Of a DNA stretch of 64,000 bases, positions 56,256-64,000 are shown one piece after another; the first letter of the stretch is position 1; each line of letters opens with the position of its first letter. The notes beneath the pieces were generated by a model. It did no database searches, was not told the origin of the DNA, and was given only the letters and a program-made list of their open reading frames with translations. A program made the position numbers and the translations under genes. The stretch comes from an uncultured Clostridia bacterium (GTDB lineage Bacteria; Bacillota; Clostridia; Oscillospirales; Ruminococcaceae): NCBI GenBank assembly GCA_947627205.1, contig CANQVE010000008.1, forward strand, positions 6,944 through 70,943, given 5' to 3'.

Positions 56256-57593
56256 ATGAAAAAAATACTTGTGGTATTCACTATATCTGCTTTGCTTTTG
56301 CTTTCGGGGTGCGGCAAGAGTGAAACAAGCTCCCTGCAGATAGAAATAAACAATACCGAGAGCGGCGGCTATGCCGAAGAAAACAGCGGCTATCCCTATG
56401 AAAACGTGCAAAGCAGCTCTGACTATTATCACGAAAACGAGCTTGAACAGCCCGAATATGCAGAGTTTTTTGAAGAAAAGAAAGTGCACAGGCTGGACAT
56501 AAGTATCACTTCGGAGGATTGGAGCGCGATATGCGCCGCGCCGCTGAACAAGGAATACAAAAGCGCGGATATAACGATAGACGGTGTGACAATAGAAACC
56601 TGCGGTCTTAAAACTCACGGAAATTCAACGCTCAATGAGGTGGTTAAAGCCGAAAAGACCTGTTTCCCGTTTAAAATTAAATTTGACAAGTACACCGAAA
56701 ACACATTTATGGGTTTGGACGAGCTTGTATTGTGCAACAATTATATAGACGTTTCATATACGAGACAGTATGCGGGGTATGAAGCATTCAGGGCGATAGG
56801 AAAAGACGCACCGTTATCCGCGTTTTTCAATGTCTATGTAAACGGTGAGCTTATGGGGCTTTATACGGGCGTAGAAGAAATAGACGACAGCTATCTCGAA
56901 CGCGTTTTCGGAAGTCACAAGCACAATCTCTACAAAGCGGACGAGATGGCGACGCTTGCGCCAAGTATGCCCTCATGGTCAATGAAGCAGAAAAATGGGA
57001 ACGACACAGCGGATCTTAAAAAGCTGGTAAAGGTCCTTGATGAAACGCCTCTCGGAGAAAAGGGAGAAATAGAAAGCGTGCTTGACGTGGATTCGGCGCT
57101 CGCGTATATTGCGGTAGGCGCGGTTATTCATCATTGCGACGGCTACGGCGGTTATTCGGCTCATAACTATTGTTTATATTTTAACGACGGAGTATTCTAC
57201 GTGTTGCCGTGGGATATGGACTTGTGTTTTTATCAGACGGGCTGGGGATTTTTGCCGAGCGAGGGAGCGCAGATGGATATTGCCGACGGGCTTACGGGAG
57301 CGGAGAATATAAAGGAGCGTCCGCTTATCCAAAAGCTCCTGGCGGTAGACGAGTATTATGAAACGTATCTTGAATATTGCAAAGAAGCTCTCGAATGGCT
57401 CAAAGAGTATGACTTAAACGGAGCAGACGAGCTTTATGAACTTATCGGCGAGAGCGTTAAAAACGATCCGCGCGGGAAATACAACCTCTTTAACAGCGAG
57501 TTTAACCACACCTATCACTACGGCTTCGCGGGATATATAAGAGAGCGCGTGGCTTACCTCGAGAATAGATTAAATGAACTTGCAGGCAGTTGA
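56256..57593 (+). CDS. CotH kinase-family lipoprotein 3
   Basis: LLLSG-C lipobox; GLKTHGNST, HNYCLY..VLPWDMD. Confidence 0.85.
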   Translation: MKKILVVFTISALLLLSGCGKSETSSLQIEINNTESGGYAEENSGYPYENVQSSSDYYHENELEQPEYAEFFEEKKVHRLDISITSEDWSAICAAPLNKEYKSADITIDGVTIETCGLKTHGNSTLNEVVKAEKTCFPFKIKFDKYTENTFMGLDELVLCNNYIDVSYTRQYAGYEAFRAIGKDAPLSAFFNVYVNGELMGLYTGVEEIDDSYLERVFGSHKHNLYKADEMATLAPSMPSWSMKQKNGNDTADLKKLVKVLDETPLGEKGEIESVLDVDSALAYIAVGAVIHHCDGYGGYSAHNYCLYFNDGVFYVLPWDMDLCFYQTGWGFLPSEGAQMDIADGLTGAENIKERPLIQKLLAVDEYYETYLEYCKEALEWLKEYDLNGADELYELIGESVKNDPRGKYNLFNSEFNHTYHYGFAGYIRERVAYLENRLNELAGS

Positions 57594-57804
57594 CAGGGTA
57601 CAGGGTACAGTATGCAGTAGTAAGTGTCCGCCTTTCGGCGGACATTTTTTAGATTGTTCAATAATTAAAAGAGCGTAAGCCTGTGAAAGGTTTACGCTCT
57701 TTCCTCTTAACACAATTTAAATATTATCCGCGAAGCGGATACCTAAACTGACTACTGTCCACTGTACACAGCGTTGCACGCGAAGCGTTCAATGCGTATA
57801 CTGA
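57591..57804. repeat. Heptamer-ended palindromic interspersed repeat, copy D (alternative core)
   Basis: TGACAGGGTACAGGGTACAGTATGCAG..TGTCCGCCTTTCGGCGGACA..AAAAGAGCGTAAGCCT..AGGTTTACGCTCTTT..TATCCGCGAAGCGGATA..CAGCGTTGCACGCGAAGCGTTCAATGCGTATACTG. Confidence 0.8.
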
Positions 57805-57837
57805 CAACCCGCCCGAATTTATTTCACAGCCTATAAA

Positions 57838-58605
57838 TTAAATAACATCTTTCAGTGATTTTACAAACTTATAAATCTCCTCAGGCGCGCCCTCGCCGTA
57901 TTTTTCTACGAGCCTTACTATTGCCGAGCCGACAATTACGCCGTCCGAAAGCTCGGACATTTTTTTCGCCTGTTCGGGATTTGAAATTCCGAAGCCTATT
58001 GCCGCGGGAACTTTTGAGTATTTCCTTACGCTCGCCATAATTGACGCAAGGTCGGTCTTTATCTCGCTTCTGACGCCTGTAACGCCCATTGAGCTTACTA
58101 TGTACAAAAATCCGTTTGCACTTTGGGCTATGGACTTTATGCGCTGTTCGCTGGTGGGAGCTATCATTGAAATAAGCGCAACGCCGTGAGCTTTTGCAGA
58201 ACTGTCTGCTTCGCTCTTTTCCTCAAACGGAAGATCGGGGCAGATAAGACCGTCTATGCCTATCTGTGCGCATTTTGCGAAAAACCTGTCGTAGCCGTAT
58301 TTATAAACGGGATTTACATACGTCATAAACACAAGCGGAATGTCAGTTTGCGAACGTACTTTTTCGGCAAGCTCAAAGGCTTTGTCAGTAGTCATTCCCG
58401 CCTTTAATGCCCTTACGTCTGCACCCTGAATAACGGGGCCCTCTGCAATAGGATCGGAAAACGGAATGCCTATTTCTACCATATCCGCGCCTGCTCTTAT
58501 CAGTGCCATTATATTTTCATAAGAAGCCTCATAGCTCGGATCGCCCGCCGTCAGAAAGCCAATAAAGGCTTTTTTGTTTTTGAATGCGTTTTCAATTCTG
58601 TTCAT
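57838..58605 (-). CDS. trpA: Tryptophan synthase alpha chain
   Basis: FLTAGDPS, EIGIPFSDPIAEGPVIQ, SSMGVTG, GFGIS, DGVIVGSA. Confidence 0.95.
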   Translation of the reverse strand: MNRIENAFKNKKAFIGFLTAGDPSYEASYENIMALIRAGADMVEIGIPFSDPIAEGPVIQGADVRALKAGMTTDKAFELAEKVRSQTDIPLVFMTYVNPVYKYGYDRFFAKCAQIGIDGLICPDLPFEEKSEADSSAKAHGVALISMIAPTSEQRIKSIAQSANGFLYIVSSMGVTGVRSEIKTDLASIMASVRKYSKVPAAIGFGISNPEQAKKMSELSDGVIVGSAIVRLVEKYGEGAPEEIYKFVKSLKDVI

Positions 58606-58617
58606 CTTTTGTTCTCC

Positions 58618-59802
58618 TTATTCATGCAGATCAATTCCGCGATAGCGGGCAATTGCCGCGACATCTTTATCTCCGCGTCCCGACAGACAGCAAATTATGA
58701 TATCGTCTTTTTTCATTGTAGGCGCTATCTTCATAAGATAAGCGACAGCGTGAGCGCTTTCTATTGCGCAGATAATGCCCTCTGTGCGCGCGATATACTC
58801 AAACGCATTTACGGCTTCGTCATCTGTAACGGGGACATATTCCGCTCTGCCTATTGAGTGAAGATAAGCGTGCTCGGGACCTATCCCGGGATAGTCAAGT
58901 CCCGCGGATATAGAGTAAACAGGCGCTATTTGTCCGTATTCGTTCTGGCAGAAAAGGCTCTTCATTCCGTGGAAAATGCCGAGCGTTCCCGTGGCGATAG
59001 TTGCCGCGGTCTCTCCCGTATCAACGCCGCGCCCCGCCGCTTCACAGCCGATAAGGCGAACATCTTTGTCGTTTATAAAGTTGTAGAACATTCCCATAGC
59101 GTTTGAGCCGCCGCCTACACAAGCCATAACGGCAGTCGGGAGCTTTCCCTCTTTTTCGAGTATCTGCTCTCTTGCTTCTTTGGAGATAACGCTCTGAAAA
59201 TCGCGCACTATCATCGGGAAAGGGTGCGGTCCCATTACCGAGCCTAAAACGTAAAGCGTGTCGTCTACTCTGTTCGTCCAGTCGCGCATAGCCTCGTTTA
59301 CAGCGTCTTTTAGCGTCATTGTTCCGCTCGTTACGGGGTGTACCTTTGCGCCCAAAAGCTCCATTCTGTATACATTCAGCGCCTGCCTTATTGTATCTTC
59401 CTTGCCCATGAAAATCTCGCACTCTAAGTCCATAAGTGCCGCAGCCGTTGCCGCAGCAACGCCGTGCTGTCCTGCGCCTGTTTCAGCGATTATGCGCGTT
59501 TTTCCCATTTTTTTGGCAAGCAGGCACTGACCGAGAACATTGTTTATTTTATGAGAACCCGTGTGGTTTAAGTCCTCGCGCTTGAAATAAATTTTTGCGC
59601 CACCCAGATCGCGCGTCATCTTCTCCGCATAATACAGCAGGGACGGTCTGCCCGCATATTCGCGGTTCAGCCTGTCAAGCTCCGCGACAAAATCGGGATC
59701 ATTCTTATAGTGTTCATAAGCCTCTTCGAGCTTGTGTATTTCGTTCATCAGCGTTTCGGGGATATACTGTCCGCCGAAATCGCCGTAACGTCCTTTTGAC
59801 AT
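58618..59802 (-). CDS. trpB: Tryptophan synthase beta chain
   Basis: [56 protein letters not shown]. Confidence 0.96.
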   Translation of the reverse strand: MSKGRYGDFGGQYIPETLMNEIHKLEEAYEHYKNDPDFVAELDRLNREYAGRPSLLYYAEKMTRDLGGAKIYFKREDLNHTGSHKINNVLGQCLLAKKMGKTRIIAETGAGQHGVAAATAAALMDLECEIFMGKEDTIRQALNVYRMELLGAKVHPVTSGTMTLKDAVNEAMRDWTNRVDDTLYVLGSVMGPHPFPMIVRDFQSVISKEAREQILEKEGKLPTAVMACVGGGSNAMGMFYNFINDKDVRLIGCEAAGRGVDTGETAATIATGTLGIFHGMKSLFCQNEYGQIAPVYSISAGLDYPGIGPEHAYLHSIGRAEYVPVTDDEAVNAFEYIARTEGIICAIESAHAVAYLMKIAPTMKKDDIIICCLSGRGDKDVAAIARYRGIDLHE

Positions 59803-59836
59803 AGTAACTTAGCTTCCTTTCGTTCAAGTTTAGTTT

Positions 59837-60448
59837 TTAAAGATTTCTTATCGCCTTTACGGCGGCTATCATTTTTTCTCGGTCTTTTATTTTGTCGGTT
59901 TCAATGCCGCTGCTAAGGTCTACTGCGAACGGCTTTGATTTTGCGGCGGCTTCGGCTAAGTTTTCGGGAGTAAGCCCGCCCGCGAGAAAGAACGGAGTTT
60001 TTATTTTTTCGGTGTCAATAAGTGAATGATCGAAACTTATCCCGCTTCCCGTGCCGCTGTCGAGCAGGAGAAAATCAGCTCCCATATCGTCCGCTTTTTT
60101 TATGTCATCTTCAGTTGTCACCTTTACGGCTTTGATTATCGGAACGCCCGTAAGCTCTTTTAATCTTTTGATATATTCCGCATTTTCATTTCCGTGACAT
60201 TGAAGCATATCCGCTATACCGCGCCTTGCAAATTCCGCAAACTTCTCTATATCGGCATTTACCGAAACAGCAACAGACTTTATCTTCGGAGAAAGCCTCG
60301 CTTTCAGATTTTCGGCTGTCTCAATGTCAATGTTCCTGTGGCTTTGGGGAAACATTACAATAAAGCCGATATAATCGGGGTTAGCCTCGTTTGCGTATTC
60401 AATATCTTCTTCGCGGAACATTCCGCATAATTTTATTTTGACCGACAT
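59837..60448 (-). CDS. trpF: Phosphoribosylanthranilate isomerase
   Basis: KIKLCG, LLLDSGTGSG..FD, FFLAGGLTPEN, AVDLSSGIE. Confidence 0.92.
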   Translation of the reverse strand: MSVKIKLCGMFREEDIEYANEANPDYIGFIVMFPQSHRNIDIETAENLKARLSPKIKSVAVSVNADIEKFAEFARRGIADMLQCHGNENAEYIKRLKELTGVPIIKAVKVTTEDDIKKADDMGADFLLLDSGTGSGISFDHSLIDTEKIKTPFFLAGGLTPENLAEAAAKSKPFAVDLSSGIETDKIKDREKMIAAVKAIRNL

Positions 60449-60449
60449 T

Positions 60450-61235
60450 TTACTTTTCTCCGCGCAGTTCTTTCAGCTTTGCCGTTTTGTCCTCTGCTCT
60501 CATAAGAGCTTCTCCGATGAGAGCCGCGTTTGCGCCGATTTCCCGCAGTTTTTCAACATCAGCTTTTGTAGTTATCCCGCTTTCCGAAACAAATATTCTG
60601 TCTCGGGGAATAAGTTCGCGCAATCGAGCGGAATTTCCCACGTCAACCGTAAATGACCTGAGGTCGCGGTTATTTACGCCGATTATCTTCGCCCCGATAT
60701 TTACGGCGGTTTTAATTTCTTCTTCATTGTGAGTTTCGACAATTGCCGACAATCCCAAAGAATGTGCAAGATTTAGATAATCCTTTAATTGCTGTTCACT
60801 AAGAATTGAGCATATAAGCAAGACCGCGCCTGCGCCGAGAATTTTCGCTTCGTATATCATATACTCGCTTATGGTAAAATCCTTGCGCAGAACGGGAATA
60901 TTTACCGCGCCCGTTATTTCTTTCAGTATCTCATCACTGCCCTTGAACCAGAACGGCTCTGTCAGGCAGGAAATTGCCTCCGCGCCCGCTTTTTCATAGT
61001 CCTTTGCAATTTGCAGATAAGGAAAATCCTCTGCAATAACGCCCTTTGACGGAGAGGCTTTCTTGACCTCGCAGATAAAAGAGATATCATTTCCGCAAAG
61101 CGCCTTATAAAACGGAAATTTCGTATCAACAGGCAGTGCTTCGGCTTTTTCGCGGACTTCTGAAAGCGGTATTTCCCGTTGTTTTTCGGCAATTCTCTCG
61201 CGCGTCTTTGCCGCTATTTCGTCGAGAATGTTCAT
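60450..61235 (-). CDS. trpC: Indole-3-glycerol phosphate synthase
   Basis: ICEVKKASPSKG, ISCLTEP, LRKDF, VETHN, IGVNNRDL, VSESGI. Confidence 0.95.
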   Translation of the reverse strand: MNILDEIAAKTRERIAEKQREIPLSEVREKAEALPVDTKFPFYKALCGNDISFICEVKKASPSKGVIAEDFPYLQIAKDYEKAGAEAISCLTEPFWFKGSDEILKEITGAVNIPVLRKDFTISEYMIYEAKILGAGAVLLICSILSEQQLKDYLNLAHSLGLSAIVETHNEEEIKTAVNIGAKIIGVNNRDLRSFTVDVGNSARLRELIPRDRIFVSESGITTKADVEKLREIGANAALIGEALMRAEDKTAKLKELRGEK

Positions 61236-61240
61236 AGTTA

Positions 61241-62251
61241 TTATTCAACCTTGTTTGAAACTTCGATATACTTTTCGAGAGTTTTCATTGCTGCGCCGCT
61301 GTCTATCATCTCTGCCGCCTGCTTTATGCCGTCCTCGATAGAAATGCCCTTATAGATATGGAGCGCCGAGCCTGCATTAAGCAAAACAGCGTCGCGTCCC
61401 GCGCACTTCTTTCCTCCGAGAATTTCTTTTGCGATTTTAGCGTTTTCCGCAGGATCGCCGCCTTTTATCTCGGACATATCATGGCGCGAAAGACCGAACT
61501 GTTCGGGAGTTATCTCGTATTTTGTAAACTTGTCGCCCTCGAATTCAATTACCGAAGTGGGAGCGCTGACGGAAATTTCGTCGAGCTTATCCTGACCGTA
61601 AACTGCTATTCCGCGCTTAACTCCGAGCTTTACGAGAGTTTTCGACATAGGCTCCAAAAGGCTCTCGTCATAAACTCCCAAAAGCTGATAAGAAGCATGA
61701 GCGGGGTTTGTAAGCGGACCGAGGAGATTGAACACAGTAGGAATTCCTATTTCCTTGCGGACAGGTCCGACATACTTCATAGCCGTATGGTATTTCTGCG
61801 CGAACATAAAGCACATTCCGACTTCATCAAGAAGTTTTATACAGCCCTCAGGAGATACCGAAATGTTTATGCCAAGCGCCTCTAAAACGTCCGCTGCTCC
61901 GCATTTTGAAGAAGCCGCGCGGTTTCCGTGCTTTGCTATTTTAACGCCCGCCGACGCGCATATAATTCCTGAAATTGTCGAGATATTTATAGACTGTGCG
62001 CCGTCGCCGCCCGTTCCTACGATTTCCATAACGTCGCCGTTATAGCTTACGCGCGTTGCGCAATCGCGCATTACATAGGCGCTCGCCGAAGTTTCCTCGA
62101 CTGTTTCGCCCTTTAGGTGAAGCGCAGTGAGATAAGCGGCGGTCTGGGCGGGAGTTGTATTTCCCGTCATTATTTCGCGCATTACTTCCGACGCTTCGTC
62201 AAATGTGAGGTTTTCGCCTTTTGCGGTTTTGATGATAGCTTCTCTGATCAT
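61241..62251 (-). CDS. trpD: Anthranilate phosphoribosyltransferase
   Basis: VGTGGDG..SINIST, AKHGNRAASSKCGAADVLEALG, TVFNLLGPLTNP. Confidence 0.95.
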   Translation of the reverse strand: MIREAIIKTAKGENLTFDEASEVMREIMTGNTTPAQTAAYLTALHLKGETVEETSASAYVMRDCATRVSYNGDVMEIVGTGGDGAQSINISTISGIICASAGVKIAKHGNRAASSKCGAADVLEALGINISVSPEGCIKLLDEVGMCFMFAQKYHTAMKYVGPVRKEIGIPTVFNLLGPLTNPAHASYQLLGVYDESLLEPMSKTLVKLGVKRGIAVYGQDKLDEISVSAPTSVIEFEGDKFTKYEITPEQFGLSRHDMSEIKGGDPAENAKIAKEILGGKKCAGRDAVLLNAGSALHIYKGISIEDGIKQAAEMIDSGAAMKTLEKYIEVSNKVE

Positions 62252-62276
62252 GATAAATTCTCCTTTTCGGTTAAAA

Positions 62277-62855
62277 TTAAGTTCTTATTTTCAAAAAGTT
62301 TTCGGCAAACGCCTTTCCTTTTGTGGTCAGTATACTTTCGGGGTGGAACTGAAGTCCGAACACGGGAAATTCTTTGTGCTGGACTGCCATTACTTCGCCG
62401 TCGTCAGTTCTTGCCGTTATTTTCAGCACCTCGGGTATTGTGCTTTCGTCTGCGGCAAGAGAATGATAACGCGCAACTTCAAGCTCTCCGCTTATCCCCG
62501 CGAATATCGGGGAAGAGGTATCGTATTCGATAGTTGACTTTTTCCCGTGCATAAGCCTTTTCGCGTATGTTATTTTCGCGCCGAAAGCCTCGCAAATTGC
62601 CTGATGTCCGAGGCAAACTCCGAGTATCGGGACTTTTCCCTCCGCTTTTATTACAAGCTCCTCGCAGATACCTGCGTCGGCAGGTCTTCCCGGACCGGGG
62701 CTTATTATTATATGCGAGGGTTTTAACGCGAGGACTTTTTCACAAGAAAGCTCGTCGTTTCTTATCACCTTTATATCGGGATCGATCGCTCCGATAAGCT
62801 GATAAAGGTTATACGAAAAGCTGTCGTAATTGTCTATAAGCAATATCATATTCAT
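62277..62855 (-). CDS. trpG: Anthranilate synthase component II
   Basis: LIDNYDSFSYNL, ISPGPG, LGVCLGHQ, ARYHSL, LQFHPESI. Confidence 0.93.
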   Translation of the reverse strand: MNMILLIDNYDSFSYNLYQLIGAIDPDIKVIRNDELSCEKVLALKPSHIIISPGPGRPADAGICEELVIKAEGKVPILGVCLGHQAICEAFGAKITYAKRLMHGKKSTIEYDTSSPIFAGISGELEVARYHSLAADESTIPEVLKITARTDDGEVMAVQHKEFPVFGLQFHPESILTTKGKAFAENFLKIRT

Positions 62856-64000
62856 ACCTCCTGTGAGGCTTCGAGCGCCTTTACGACTGCCTTAGCCTTG
62901 TTTATACATTCGGTAAATTCGTTTTCGGGAACGCTGTCCGCTACTATTCCCGCTCCACTTCTTACGAAAACCTTTCCGTTTTTCTTAAAGCAAAGCCGTA
63001 TAGCAATACAGGTGTCGAGGTTCCCTCTGAAATCAATGTAGCCTATCGCGCCTCCGTAGATACCGCGCTTGTTGTTTTCAAGCTCGTTTATTATCTCACA
63101 GGCGCGTATCTTCGGCGCTCCCGAAAGCGTTCCCGCGGGCAATACCGCGTCTACTGCGTCCAAGGCGCAGAACTCTTTTCTTATCTGCCCGCGCACCGTC
63201 GAGCCTATGTGCATAACATGCGAGTAGCGTTCAATTGACATGTATTTTTCAACTTCAACGCTTCCGAACTCCGAAATTTTTCCTATATCGTTTCTTCCCA
63301 GATCTACGAGCATATTGTGCTCGGAAAGTTCTTTTTCGTCTTTCAGAAGTCCTCGTTCAAGTTCCTTGTCCTCTTCGTCGGTCTTTCCGCGGGGGCGTGT
63401 TCCTGCGAGAGGGAACGTATGCAAAACGCCGTTTTCAAGTTTTACGAGCGTTTCGGGACTTGATCCCGCGACTTCCATATCGTCGCTCGAAAAATAGAAC
63501 ATATACGGCGAGGGATTTAAAGTTCTTAACATTCTGTAGGTGTTTAAAAGGCTTCCCTCAAAGTCCGCTTCGAGCCTGTTTGAAAGAACGACCTGGAAAA
63601 TATCGCCCTCGTAGATATACTTTTTCGCCTTTTCCACCATTGCGCAGTATTGCTCTTTGCTGAAAAGCGGGTGAAACTCGCTCATAAGGCGCGCTTCGTG
63701 TTCCTGCTCGGGTTTTCCCTCGGTTATCAGCTTTGCCATTTTATCAAGCTCTTTTTCGGCAAGCTCATATTCCTCGTCAATATTGCTCCCCGAAATGTTT
63801 GTTATGAGGATTATTTTCTGTCGGATATTGTCAAAGGCTATAACGTTGTTAAAAAGCATAAGGTCAACGTCCTTGAAATGCTCCTCGTCAAGAGCGTCGA
63901 GCGTCAGTCTCGGCTCGCTGTACTTTATATAGTCATAGCTGAAATATCCCACAAGTCCTCCCGTAAAGCTCGGAAATCCTGCTATAACAGGCGACTTAAA
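62852..64000 (-). CDS. trpE: Anthranilate synthase component I (5' truncated by window edge)
   Basis: GDIFQVVLS, NPSPYMF, PLAGTRPRG, EHNMLVDLGRND, PAGTLSGAPK, RGIYGGAIG; frame open to 64000 (..PGFTGGLVGYFSYD). Confidence 0.93.
   Translation of the reverse strand, partial: FKSPVIAGFPSFTGGLVGYFSYDYIKYSEPRLTLDALDEEHFKDVDLMLFNNVIAFDNIRQKIILITNISGSNIDEEYELAEKELDKMAKLITEGKPEQEHEARLMSEFHPLFSKEQYCAMVEKAKKYIYEGDIFQVVLSNRLEADFEGSLLNTYRMLRTLNPSPYMFYFSSDDMEVAGSSPETLVKLENGVLHTFPLAGTRPRGKTDEEDKELERGLLKDEKELSEHNMLVDLGRNDIGKISEFGSVEVEKYMSIERYSHVMHIGSTVRGQIRKEFCALDAVDAVLPAGTLSGAPKIRACEIINELENNKRGIYGGAIGYIDFRGNLDTCIAIRLCFKKNGKVFVRSGAGIVADSVPENEFTECINKAKAVVKALEASQEV

Noticed and set aside
63950-64000. ORF-track start of trpE at 63952
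   Set aside because: The reading frame stays open to the window edge with TrpE N-terminal motifs; the true start is outside the window

Overview
A 64-kb chromosomal segment from an anaerobic, probably spore-forming Firmicute (Clostridia, Ruminococcaceae/Oscillospiraceae-like; this is inferred from gene content such as yqfC/yqfD, the GGGtGRT/IscU-like pair, DUF1292 and dgt-dnaG-rpoD). Housekeeping genes are the metH 3' end, hpf, pfkB, yigZ, rpmE, pgm, dgt, dnaG, two tandem rpoD, rlmN, kdgK-like, comEA, yqfCD, tRNA-Gly(CCC), tRNA-Leu(GAG) and the trpE(partial)GDCFBA operon. Between them lie accessory cassettes: a cupin + TIR-Macro-like operon, an McrBC-like pair, two ECF sigma/anti-sigma modules, two ABC exporter loci (one with four related lipoproteins), TerY-vWA/PP2C/SseB and three tandem CotH-kinase lipoproteins. 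The non-coding DNA is unusually rich. It holds a ~600-nt promoter-to-terminator structured RNA resembling ROOL, a probable 6S RNA, and a modular palindromic repeat family with heptamer-array ends (at least 8 copies). It also holds a shared element abutting the CCA ends of two unrelated tRNAs and a duplicated promoter-plus-long-hairpin leader cassette. No CRISPR array, integrase, transposase, reverse transcriptase or phage gene was seen. All family assignments come from motif recognition by eye; no database searches were run.
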